Of a stretch of 17,062 nucleotides of DNA, positions 1 to 9,539 are shown piece by piece. The position numbers and the translations under genes are program-made. This DNA comes from Tubiluchus corallicola. Taxonomy: Eukaryota; Animalia; Priapulida. Where the stretch lies: positions 22,648-39,709 of the forward strand of contig JAQGDQ010002376.1 of the NCBI GenBank assembly GCA_030141605.1. The letters run 5' to 3'. The notes below the pieces were generated by a model that saw only the letters and a list, made by a program, of their open reading frames with translations, had not been told where the DNA came from and searched no databases. Position 1 is the first letter of the stretch, and each line of letters opens with the position of its first letter.

Positions 1-2434
1 TAAAGGAAAGAACAAGTCACTCAGTATGTTGGGTTTATTTTACTGTTATCACTTAAACTGTTTGTGGTGTGCTAAAGGAAAGAACAAGTCACTCAGTATG
101 TTGGGTTTATTTTACTGTTATCACTTAAACTGTTTGTGGTGTGCTAAAGGAAAGAACAAGTCACTCAGCACGTTGGGTTTATTTGACTGTTATCACTTAA
201 ACTGTTTGTGGTGTGCTAAAGGAAAGAACAAATCACTCAGTATGTTGGGTTTATTTTACTGTTATCACTTAAACTGTTTGTGGTGTGCTAAAGGAAAGAA
301 CAAATCACTCAGTATGTTGGGTTTATTTTACTGTTATCACTTAAACTGTTTGTGGTGTGCTAAAGGAAAGAACAAATCACTCAGTATGTTGGGTTTATTT
401 TACTGTTATCACTTAAACTGTTTGTGGTGTGCTAAAGGAAAGAACAAATCACTCAGTATGTTGGGTTTATTTTACTGTTATCACTTAAACTGTTTGTGGT
501 GTGCTAAAGGAAAGAACAAGTCACTCAGTATGTTGGGTTTATTTTACTGTTATCACTTAAACTGTTTGTGGTGTGCTAAAGGAAAGAACAAGTCACTCAG
601 TATGTTGGGTTTATTTTACTGTTATCACTTAAACTGTTTGTGGTGTGCTAAAGGAAAGAACAAATCACTCAGTATGTTGGGTTTATTTTACTGTTATCAC
701 TTAAACTGTTTGTGGTGTGCTAAAGGAAAGAACAAATCACTCAGTATGTTGGGTTTATTTTACTGTTATCACTTAAACTGTTTGTGGTGTGCTAAAGGAA
801 AGAACAAATCACTCAGTATGTTGGGTTTATTTTACTGTTATCACTTAAACTGTTTGTGGTGTGCTAAAGGAAAGAACAAGTCACTCAGTATGTTGGGTTT
901 ATTTTACTGTTATCACTTAAACTGTTTGTGGTGTGCTAAAGGAAAGAACAAGTCACTCAGTATGTTGGGTTTATTTTACTGTTATCACTTAAACTGTTTG
1001 TGGTGTGCTAAAGGAAAGAACAAGTCACTCAGTATGTTGGGTTTATTTTACTGTTATCACTTAAACTGTTTGTGGTGTGCTAAAGGAAAGAACAAGTCAC
1101 TCAGTATGTTGGGTTTATTTTACTGTTATCACTTAAACTGTTTGTGGTGTGCTAAAGGAAAGAACAAATCACTCAGTATGTTGGGTTTATTTTACTGTTA
1201 TCACTTAAACTGTTTGTGGTGTGCTAAAGGAAAGAACAAGTCACTCAGTATGTTGGGTTTATTTTACTGTTATCACTTAAACTGTTTGTGGTGTGCTAAA
1301 GGAAAGAACAAATCACTCAGTATGTTGGGTTTATTTTACTGTTATCACTTAAACTGTTTGTGGTGTGCTAAAGGAAAGAACAAGTCACTCAGTATGTTGG
1401 GTTTATTTTACTGTTATCACTTAAACTGTTTGTGGTGTGCTAAAGGAAAGAACAAGTCACTCAGTATGTTGGGTTTATTTTACTGTTATCACTTAAACTG
1501 TTTGTGGTGTGCTAAAGGAAAGAACAAATCACTCAGTACGTTGGGTTTATTTTACTGTTATCACTTAAACTGTTTGTGGTGTGCTACAGGAAAGGATAAT
1601 TCACTCAGTATGTTGGGTTTATTTTACTGTTATCACTTAAGCTGTTTGTGGTGTTCTAAAGGAAAAAATAATTCACTCAGTATGTTGGGTTTATTTTACT
1701 GTTATCACTTAAACTGTTTGTGGTGTTCTAAAGGAAAAAATAATTCACTCAGTATGTTGGGTTTATTTTACTGTTATCACTTAAACTGTTTGTGGTGTGC
1801 TAAAGGAAAGAACAATTCACTGAGTATGTTGGGTTTATCTAACTGTTATCACTTAAACTGTTTGTGGTGTGCTACAGGAAAGAACAAGTCACTCAGTATG
1901 TTGGGTTTATTTTACTGTTATCACTTAAACTGTTTGTGGTGTGCTAAAGGAAAGAACAAGTCACTCAGTATGTTGGGTTTATTTTACTGTTATCACTTAA
2001 ACTGTTTGTGGTGCGCTAAAGGAAAGAACAAGTCACTCAGTATGTTGGGTTTATTTTACTGTTATCACTTAAACTGTTTGTGGTGTGCTAAAGGAAAGAA
2101 CAAGTCACTCAGTATGTTGGGTTTATTTTACTGTTATCACTTAAACTGTTTGTGGTGTGCTAAAGGAAAGAACAAGTCACTCAGTATGTTGGGTTTATTT
2201 TACTGTTATCACTTAAACTGTTTGTGGTGTGCTAAAGGAAAGAACAAATCACTCAGTATGTTGGGTTTATTTTACTGTTATCACTTAAACTGTTTGTGGT
2301 GTGCTAAAGGAAAGAACAAATCACTCAGTATGTTGGGTTTATTTTACTGTTATCACTTAAACTGTTTGTGGTGTGCTAAAGGAAAGAACAAGTCACTCAG
2401 TATGTTGGGTTTATTTTACTGTTATCACTTAAAC
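1..2434. repeat. 72-bp tandem array, about 34 near-identical copies, truncated at the window start
   Basis: Unit AAAGGAAAGAACAARTCACTCAGTATGTTGGGTTTATTTTACTGTTATCACTTAAACTGTTTGTGGTGTGCT repeats with no visible indels. Divergent units cluster at about 1540-1880. Confidence 0.99.
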
Positions 2435-2506
2435 TTAGAAAAATATAACAAAGAAATTTGCAAAGAACTGTCTATAAAGCATAAATTTAAAATATACTAC
2501 CTCTGA
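2..2506 (+). CDS. Putative 3' part of a leucine-rich-repeat protein (24-aa Cys-containing LRRs), 5'-truncated
   Basis: The frame is open from position 2 to TGA at 2504-2506. The unit LSMLGLFYCYHLNCL matches LxxLxLxxCxxLxxL. Consensus Leu/Cys residues never change and the commonest variant (AAG/AAA) is synonymous. The frame continues into a unique tail LEKYNKEICKELSIKHKFKIYYL, with AATAAA at 2877-2882. It could still be a non-coding satellite with a chance open frame. Confidence 0.5.
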   Translation, partial: KGKNKSLSMLGLFYCYHLNCLWCAKGKNKSLSMLGLFYCYHLNCLWCAKGKNKSLSTLGLFDCYHLNCLWCAKGKNKSLSMLGLFYCYHLNCLWCAKGKNKSLSMLGLFYCYHLNCLWCAKGKNKSLSMLGLFYCYHLNCLWCAKGKNKSLSMLGLFYCYHLNCLWCAKGKNKSLSMLGLFYCYHLNCLWCAKGKNKSLSMLGLFYCYHLNCLWCAKGKNKSLSMLGLFYCYHLNCLWCAKGKNKSLSMLGLFYCYHLNCLWCAKGKNKSLSMLGLFYCYHLNCLWCAKGKNKSLSMLGLFYCYHLNCLWCAKGKNKSLSMLGLFYCYHLNCLWCAKGKNKSLSMLGLFYCYHLNCLWCAKGKNKSLSMLGLFYCYHLNCLWCAKGKNKSLSMLGLFYCYHLNCLWCAKGKNKSLSMLGLFYCYHLNCLWCAKGKNKSLSMLGLFYCYHLNCLWCAKGKNKSLSMLGLFYCYHLNCLWCAKGKNKSLSMLGLFYCYHLNCLWCAKGKNKSLSTLGLFYCYHLNCLWCATGKDNSLSMLGLFYCYHLSCLWCSKGKNNSLSMLGLFYCYHLNCLWCSKGKNNSLSMLGLFYCYHLNCLWCAKGKNNSLSMLGLSNCYHLNCLWCATGKNKSLSMLGLFYCYHLNCLWCAKGKNKSLSMLGLFYCYHLNCLWCAKGKNKSLSMLGLFYCYHLNCLWCAKGKNKSLSMLGLFYCYHLNCLWCAKGKNKSLSMLGLFYCYHLNCLWCAKGKNKSLSMLGLFYCYHLNCLWCAKGKNKSLSMLGLFYCYHLNCLWCAKGKNKSLSMLGLFYCYHLNLEKYNKEICKELSIKHKFKIYYL

Positions 2507-3128
2507 GTAGAAATTTTCAGGCGTCGTGGTTGCCGCCATTCACTTGAAAATCATGACGTAACTGGGAAACTTCGTGACTTTCCGTGAACGTGCGCTGCTT
2601 AAACTAATTCAAACTTCTGCAGCTTACCTAATGTTCATGCAAAAACATTACAAAATTGGTTATAATTTTTGTAAAACCTTGTTATACTTTTGATGAAGAT
2701 TGACAGTGCGCTACTTTTCTTCAAGACGAATGACGTCATTGGAAGAAGAATGGGCATTGAAAATGGGAGCGTCCAAGCATGAAGTGATCGTGACTTTAAA
2801 GTGATTTTACTAATTACACGAGACGCTTATTGCAGTTTTATTACTAAATCCTTCTAACATTTTTTGCGAACATTGAAATAAACCTAACCTCCTAGAAGGC
2901 TTGACTTGTCCTTTAATACAAATGGTGTCTGCATATTTTCTTAAATATTTCGGTTTATAATAATAATAATATCTTTTCAATAATGACATTTGCTTAAAAC
3001 AATTAAATTTTTTCAAAGTGAATCCAACTGTCAATTATACTTGTTAGATTAACACGATGACAAGTTCAAAGCTGTTAAACCGGCTGAGTTAGAAATAATT
3101 TTAGCAACTTAACAGAAACCAGGTGTTG

Positions 3129-3244
3129 GTGTCTGTCTAGACAGTCTCGTCAAAAACAGCTAATTAAGATCGAGTTTTCAGCCTTATGCTTGTGTCTGCC
3201 TAGACAGTCTTGTCAAAAACTGCTAATTATAGTGGAATTTTCAG
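3129..3244. repeat. Imperfect tandem duplication, 63-bp period, 2 copies
   Basis: GTGTCTGYCTAGACAGTCTYGTCAAAAACWGCTAATTA...TTTTCAG occurs at 3129 and 3192. The first copy contains the palindrome CTGTCTAGACAG. Confidence 0.85.
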
Positions 3245-3419
3245 GGCTGACATTTTAAATGCAAAGCAGCTTAATGAAAAACTGCAACTTGCTCTTAGAA
3301 TTTCATCTTTCTTGCTCATAGAATTCAGTGAAAAACATTAAGTTTGTGCAGTAATTAGATAGCTGCCAGCTGTTAACTGTTTGCACCATGGAAAGTTTGA
3401 AAGCAAAATCAACAACATT

Positions 3420-4520
3420 GTCACACCTCTGCTCCACTTGCTTACACCTCTGCTCCACATGGTTATCCTTTTGCTTCACATGGTTACACCTCTGCTCCAC
3501 TTGCTTATCCCTCTGCTCCACATGGTTACACCTCTGCTCCACTTGCTTACCCTTTTGCTTCACATGGTTAGCCCTCTGCTCCACTTGCTTCTCCCTCTGC
3601 TCCACTTGCTTATCCCTCTGCTCCACATGCTTCTCCCTCTGCTCCACTTGCTTACACCTCTGCTCCACATGGTTAGCCCTCTGCTCCACTTGCTTACCCT
3701 TTTGCTTCACATGGTTAGCCCTCTGCTCCACATGCTTACACCTCTGCTCCACTTGCTTATCCCTCTGCTCCACATGCTTACCCTTTTGCTTCACATGGTT
3801 AGCCCTCTGCTCCACTGCTACCTCTGCTCCACTTGCTTATCCCTCTGCTCCACATGTTCCTTTTGCTTCATGGTTGCCTCTGTCCATTGCTTTCCTCTCT
3901 CCACATGCTTACACCTCTGCTCCACTTGCTTACCCTTTTGCTTCACATGGTTAGCCCTCTGCTCCACATGCTTACACCTCTGCTCCACATGCTTAGCCCT
4001 CTGCTCCACATGCTTACACCTCTGCTCCACTTGCTTACCCTTTTGCTTCACATGGTTAGCCCTCTGCTCCACATGCTTAGCCTTCTGTTCCATATGCTTA
4101 CCATTTTGCTTCACATGGTTAGCCCTCTGCTCCACATGCTTAGCCTTCTGTTCCATATGCTTACACCTCTGCTCCACTTGCTTACCCTTTTGCTCCACAT
4201 GCTTATCCTTTTGCTTCACATGGTTAGCCCTCTGATCCACATGCTTAGCCTTCTGTTCCATATGCTTACCATTTTGCTTCACATGGTTAGCCCTCTGCTC
4301 CACTTGCTTAGCCTTCTGTTCCACATGCTTACACCTCTGCTCCACTTGCTTACCCTTTTGCTTCACATGGTTAGCCCTCTGCTCCACATGCTTAGCCTTC
4401 TGTTCCATATGCTTACACCTCTGCTCCACTTGCTTACCCTTTTGCTCCACATGCTTATCCCTCTGCTCCATGTGCTTACCATCTGTTCCACATGCTTTCC
4501 TTCTGGTCCACATGCTTACC
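3420..4520. repeat. 21-bp minisatellite, about 52 variant units
   Basis: Units such as CTCTGCTCCACTTGCTTACAC and TTTTGCTTCACATGGTTAGCC recur in combinations. They generate the overlapping 7-aa-repeat ORFs on both strands. Confidence 0.97.
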
Positions 4521-4670
4521 AATATATGGCTAAAAATGTAAGCAATGTGACACTCGTAAATTACACCGTTTTTGACTGGCAATTTTTCAAATTATTAAAT
4601 TATTCAAAAAATAAATAAAAGGTTTGATACTTACTCATATTGCTGTGTCGTAAATTGCATTTATGCTGTC

Positions 4671-4870
4671 GGTCAAGGTCACTCAGCACATGGGTCAAGG
4701 TCACTCAGCACATAGGTCAAGGTTAATCAGCACATGGGTCAAGGTCACTCAGCAAATAGGTCAAAGTCAATCAGCACATGGGTCAAAGTCAATCAGCACA
4801 TGGGTCAAAGTCAATCAGCACATGGGTCAAAGTCAATCAGCACATGGGTCAAGGAAGGTCAAATCAGCGC
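4671..4870. repeat. 22-bp minisatellite, about 9 copies
   Basis: Unit GGTCAARGTCAMTCAGCACATG with a period of 22 (4671, 4693, ...). Confidence 0.93.
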
Positions 4871-5372
4871 ATAGACGAAGTGATAACTTTTGAAAATTAT
4901 CACGTTAAAATTATCAAGCTTGCCATCTTTGACACGTGTTTTTTCAGCTAGTTTATCTAATGTTGATAGAAATTATACATAAACTGTGAAATTGTTCAAA
5001 CTACATTATGGTAAAATAGTTAATATCTGTCATTAAGAAAATGAATTCTTAAATGCTAAATTAAAATTTGTCTGGGTTTAATTAACCCTCATCTGTAACC
5101 CTTAACAGTGAAAGCAATGGTTGCGCTTGACTGCTTGCTTATCTTAGTGTCTAAGCAGTTCGTTATTTTTTTATAACAAAAATGTCGCATTTTTTATTCA
5201 ATGCTTGTTTTTTGTCATAATAATTTATATTTAATTTAAGAAAAGTACGGCTTAGTATCAAAAAATAATGTTTTCAATAAATAATCTTGTTTTTGAAAAT
5301 TCGTGATTGTTCCTATTTATCAGCTTAATTGCATTTATAATGTTTTTATTGTTACTAGATGGCTCTGCTTAC

Positions 5373-5432
5373 TTTCTTTTTCTCTTTTGTTTTTGTGCTT
5401 TCCTCCCAGTCTCTTCCTTTTTAAGTGCTTTT

Positions 5433-5470
<38 letters not shown>

Positions 5471-5509
5471 CTCTCTTTCGCTCTTTCTTTATTTGTCTTT
5501 CTCTCTCTG

Positions 5510-5541
<32 letters not shown>

Positions 5542-5603
5542 TCTTTCAGTCTCTCTTTCGCTCTTTCTCTCTCTCGCTCTCTTTCAGTCTCTCTTTCGCT
5601 CTT

Positions 5604-5648
<45 letters not shown>

Positions 5649-5652
5649 TTCG

Positions 5653-5699
<47 letters not shown>
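5373..5699 (+). repeat. 50-bp pyrimidine-rich head followed by an interrupted (CT)n microsatellite, copy 1
   Basis: Head TTTCTTTTTCTCTTTTGTTTTTGTGCTTTCCTCCCAGTCTCTTCCTTTTT at 5373-5422, then (CT)n with recurring CAGTCTCTCTTTCGCTCTTT interruptions. Confidence 0.95.
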
Positions 5700-5702
<3 letters not shown>

Positions 5703-5745
5703 CAAAAACTGTTACAATCGCATATTAATTACCTATAACACATCG

Positions 5746-5757
5746 TTTATTTTTATT
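5746..5757 (-). terminator. Candidate polyadenylation signals (two AATAAA) for the pore-forming protein gene
   Basis: TTTATT at 5746-5751 and 5752-5757 are the first canonical AATAAA hexamers I found downstream of the stop on the minus strand. A GT-rich element GTTTTTGTTT follows (minus strand of 5700-5709). Confidence 0.55.
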
Positions 5758-5932
5758 AATTATTATATAAAATATCATCAGATCTTTCTCATTTAGTAAT
5801 TGCAAAAGAACCGCATGAAATTGTCAAGACTTGTCTGCAATGTCTATGCTAGTCGTATTAACAATAATACTAAGATTATCTAGTACTAAACATTAAAATA
5901 TCTAAAAATGTTCTTTATACACCCTGTACCCA

Positions 5933-5995
5933 GTCAGTAGTCCAATTGGTAAGGCGCATGCGCAGTTAATTGAAGGTCGAAGGTACGTGTACGAC
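5933..5995 (+). mobile_element. Possible degenerate tRNA-derived SINE head
   Basis: A-box-like TAGTCCAATTGG (5938-5949) followed by TAAGGCG, and a weak B-box-like GGTACGTGTAC (5982-5992) at tRNA-like spacing. No intact cloverleaf. Confidence 0.3.
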
Positions 5996-6476
5996 AGCAA
6001 CGCTTCCTCACAACAACTGTGACGTGAGATGTGGGTAAAGCAAAGCCGTGTGCTGCATCAGTTGTCTTACGTGGACTTTACTTTGTTATGCATTAGTCTG
6101 TGCATAGAGTGATTTACTAGCAGGATCTTGCTCGGGAACAAGAAAAAATGAACTAGGTAAGATTCTAGCTAGCTGTTAAAACTGTTACTATTACAACAGC
6201 ATGGGCTGTGAGGTGTTGTCAAGTGTACACAAATGCGTTGTCTGGTACGCTTAACCTTTGAACCTTTTCACGATCATCATCGATCACTGGAACTGTGAAA
6301 AGACTTATTGTACTGCTTTTTAGCTGGAACTTGTAAAACATTTTACACTTTTTAAATTGGTAATTTGCAACATTCATCAAAACACGTTGCTGTGTAGGGT
6401 TACCTATGTATTACAGCAGGTAAATTACATTCAGCAAAATTATTCTACATGATTTTTGCGGAGCTGAGTTTTCTAC

Positions 6477-6551
6477 TTTAGCTGTTTTTAGCTGCAGGCA
6501 TAACATTTAGCTGTTTTTAGCTGCAGGCATCACATTTAGCTGTTTTTAGCT
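6477..6551. repeat. 29-bp tandem repeat, about 2.6 copies, in the putative 3' UTR
   Basis: TTTAGCTGTTTTTAGCTGCAGGCATMACA at 6477 and 6506, with a partial copy at 6535. Confidence 0.9.
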
Positions 6552-6572
6552 CCAATTGTTGATATGCAAGAT

Positions 6573-7355
6573 TCACTTAGCAGTTACGGGTCGTTGACTC
6601 ATGCGCAGATGCTGTCGAATTCCATAATGGCATTTCACAACTCCCTTCGTTTCAAACATGACCTTTGGACGTCCGCTGGTTTCTCTGTCGATCTTAAATC
6701 CTTTCTGATTTTCTAAAATGTCCGCAATATCGGCATGTTCTGTGGCGATGATGACGCTTTTGTCCTTCTTGCTTCTGATGGCCACGTGAATGTCGCCTTC
6801 GAAACATCGCACCTGAGTAAACGAACCTTCGTATTCGTCCTCTTCCAGCACCAGTTCCGCAATAGTTTCAGTCTTTGCAGGCACCAGAACGTCGCTGTCA
6901 ACCGACCACGTCAGTTGCTCCTCAAAAGTGGCTTCGTGGCTCTTCTCCATCTCGTACTCCGTCTTAAAACCCGCATTGGCTTCTATTATCGGATTTGGTG
7001 GAGCGATTTTTACACTCACTTCTCCACCGTAAGTCATTCCCTTAGTCACCTGTATGTTGCACGAGGACCTTGTGGACCGTTCCGTCTTGAGGTTGTGCGT
7101 TTGAGGATCACCACTTTCATTCGTGTTGGCAAAGACGGCGGAGAATAGAACGTGAGACTTTGGTTTCGTCTCCTTCTTTTCATCGTGCCACTTTGTCTCC
7201 TGCGTACATCTGAGGTGTTTCCAGTTGATGTCTGTTGAAGGAATGTCTCTAGAAGCAAGCTTCTTCAATTTCTTCTCACTTTTGGGCCATCTTTCTATGC
7301 GATTTTTCACCCATTCTATGATCAGTTCTTCAACGTCGACTGCGTCTTGTGACAT
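6573..7355 (-). CDS. Aerolysin-like beta-pore-forming protein, ETX/MTX2 superfamily (C. elegans LIN-24-like), 260 aa
   Basis: Non-repetitive ORF with higher GC than its flanks and a good start context (AAACATGT). Motif FANTNESGDPQTHNLKTERSTRSS is followed by an alternating-polarity hairpin (NIQVTKGMTYGGEVSVKIAPPNPIIEANAGFKTEYEM) and then TWSVDSDVLVPAKTETIAELVL, the V-x-V-P motif region typical of ETX/MTX2 domains. No signal peptide or lectin domain is evident. Family call is by motif recognition, not a search. Confidence 0.85.
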   Translation of the reverse strand: MSQDAVDVEELIIEWVKNRIERWPKSEKKLKKLASRDIPSTDINWKHLRCTQETKWHDEKKETKPKSHVLFSAVFANTNESGDPQTHNLKTERSTRSSCNIQVTKGMTYGGEVSVKIAPPNPIIEANAGFKTEYEMEKSHEATFEEQLTWSVDSDVLVPAKTETIAELVLEEDEYEGSFTQVRCFEGDIHVAIRSKKDKSVIIATEHADIADILENQKGFKIDRETSGRPKVMFETKGVVKCHYGIRQHLRMSQRPVTAK

Positions 7356-7442
7356 GTTTCTAGACGACAGACCTTCCTGTTTCTAGAAAATGGTGCAAAC
7401 CGGACCCAATCTTAAACTGTACGTCAAAACAATCTTTACGTC

Positions 7443-7903
<461 letters not shown>

Positions 7904-7904
7904 C

Positions 7905-9079
7905 AGCTGTAGGTCAAAACAATCTATTCTTTAAAATATTGAAAGGAAACATGCTGTTTTTTCAAAAATGACTTACATGAAAGAATTATTACCACACAAA
8001 CACAATTTCACGTTCGCGCCACTAGTTCTTCACTGTTACATGCATTTCGCCATTCGTTAGTTAGACGAGCACTAGTGCCTGCATTTCGGAAACGCATTGT
8101 ACAAAAACAGGTGTTATAGTTCTAAGTTCAGATGTGTTAGTTTGTGACGTACTACACACGTTAAACAGCTCATGTGTGAGCACAGCGGTGAATTCGAACT
8201 TAGAATTTTTGTCTTAGAACTTGCCAACTTTTAGTGCAACACACTGAATATCTAACAGTAGTACTGTACTTCAATTTTCACTTTCGCAATGCATTCTCTG
8301 CGTATCTTTCGTATTGTGATCTCAATATTTTTTATTGGGCATTAAAATGCAACAAAAACGTTGTTCGAGGATTGTTTCTTTCTTTCAATAATATATTTAA
8401 ACCTTGCTTACAGCGAACTTCGATAATTGATCTCGGTTATAAAAAGACTCGGTTATAGCGAACGAATTTTGACGGTCCCTCGAAACTCGTTATAAGCGGA
8501 TTATATCGTATAAGCATATACGGAAGGATGATATTTCATATCTACCTCATTTTCAAGCACAGTAAAAAGCGTTCATTTTAATGCCAATAATACTGCAAAA
8601 GCATTTCTGATAATAACGGCCGAGCAAGTGTTGACGTCACAAACTAACATGATTTTTGAAAGCAAAAATACTCCACGAGCGCGTTGCACGTGCTTGCGAA
8701 AGCGAAAATTGAAGTACAGTGCTACTGTAAGATATTCAGTGTGTTTTGCTAAAACTAGGCAAGTTTTAAGATAAAAATTCAAATTTCAAATTTACCACTG
8801 TGCTCACGCATGAGCTGTGGAACGTGTGTAGTTGGTCGCAAACTAACACATCTGAACTGAGATGTACAGCGCCTGTTTTTTATGCAATGAGTTTCCGAAA
8901 TGCAGTCACTAGTGGCCGTCTAACTAGTGAATGGCGAAATACGTGTAACAGCGAAGAACTAGTGGCGCGAACGTGAAATTGTGTTTGTATGGTAATAATT
9001 CTTTCACGTAAGTCATTTTTGAAAAAACAGCATGTTTACTTTCAATGTTTTAAACAGTAGATTGTTTTGACTTACAGCT
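7905..9079. mobile_element. Foldback / MITE-like non-autonomous DNA transposon with long terminal inverted repeats
   Basis: Arms 7905-8289 and 8694-9079 (about 385 bp) are reverse complements, with 6 mismatches in the outer 76 bp and more further in. An extra inverted match TATTGG(G)CATTAAAATG lies at about 8334-8350 and 8575-8590. TTAA overlaps the right end. No transposase. Confidence 0.9.
8409..8510. mobile_element. Possible short Tc1/mariner (pogo/Tigger-type) MITE remnant nested in the foldback spacer
   Basis: Starts TA|CAG and ends in TA. Internal repeats CTCGGTTATA (twice) and CTCGTTATA, plus CGGTCCC, resemble TACAG-type MITEs. TIRs are degenerate. Confidence 0.4.
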
Positions 9080-9171
9080 TAAAACTGGGTTTACTTTTCC
9101 TTTAAATTGCAATAAATCAGTTTCTTATAACATTTGATCAAACAAAGAAAAAATTCAAAAAATTTTCTTAC

Positions 9172-9320
9172 CGGTGATATCCTATTAGAGGTAGTTATCT
9201 TGAATTCCTTTAAAAAGAGGTGCCAGAGCTTTGCCTTCTCTTCCCTTCCCTTCTCTTCTCTTCTCTTCTCGTCACCAGTTCTGTAACACAACATAAAACA
9301 AAAAGATGTCATTTGCATTA
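9172..9320 (-). other. Predicted first exon of the pore-forming protein gene (5' UTR or in-frame N-terminal extension)
   Basis: Lies between a TATA box about 30 bp upstream and a consensus splice donor. The frame from ATGs at 9318, 9312 and 9294 is open to the donor in phase 0. Confidence 0.55.
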
Positions 9321-9343
9321 GAGCCAAAATGTTAGTCCCGCCG

Positions 9344-9423
9344 TTTTATACCTGTGCTGGGATTACAAGACACATTCTTTACAGCGAATCAGAATCCAGA
9401 AAAATCTGTACAACCAATCAGAG
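9344..9423 (-). promoter_or_regulatory. Candidate Pol II promoter: TATA box plus CCAAT box
   Basis: The minus strand reads GG-TATAAAA-CGGCGGG (TATAAAA at 9350-9344). An NF-Y-like AACCAATCAGAG lies at 9412-9423, about 65 bp upstream. An octamer ATGCAAAT lies at 9311-9318. Confidence 0.6.
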
Positions 9424-9539
9424 TTGAGGTGGTGTGAAAGGGTCATTATGTTGCTAATTGATAGTAATCTTACGTAGAATTATATTTCTAAATCTGCACT
9501 TGTCTCTTGGTATTTGTAGAAAGGTATTCGTGGACGCCG

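Noticed and set aside
2810-3034. 74-aa ORF, and similarly 10762-11004, 12771-13034 and 16339-16533
   Set aside because: Short, AT-rich or repeat-derived, with no recognisable motifs.
3381-4618. Plus-strand LLH- and CSTC-repeat ORFs as membrane or metallothionein-like proteins
   Set aside because: Several frames of the 21-bp unit are open simply because the unit lacks stops. There is no unique domain.
4635-4665. Possible 31-nt minus-strand micro-exon (CAG|...|GTAAGT)
   Set aside because: The donor is strong, but the acceptor has no polypyrimidine tract and there are no partner exons.
5303-5796. Ser/Leu- and Glu/Arg-repeat ORFs
   Set aside because: Translations of the (CT)n/(GA)n microsatellite, which has no stop codons in any frame.
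5933-5995. Functional tRNA gene
   Set aside because: The B box is degenerate and no acceptor or anticodon stems can be formed. At most a SINE relic.
6713-7258. ORFs 6713-6901, 6735-7148 and 7046-7258
   Set aside because: Shadow frames overlapping the well-supported 6573-7355 CDS.
8234-8782. Two similar short ORFs (HTEYLTV.LYFNF) on opposite strands
   Set aside because: The similarity comes from the inverted arms of the foldback element, not from a gene pair.
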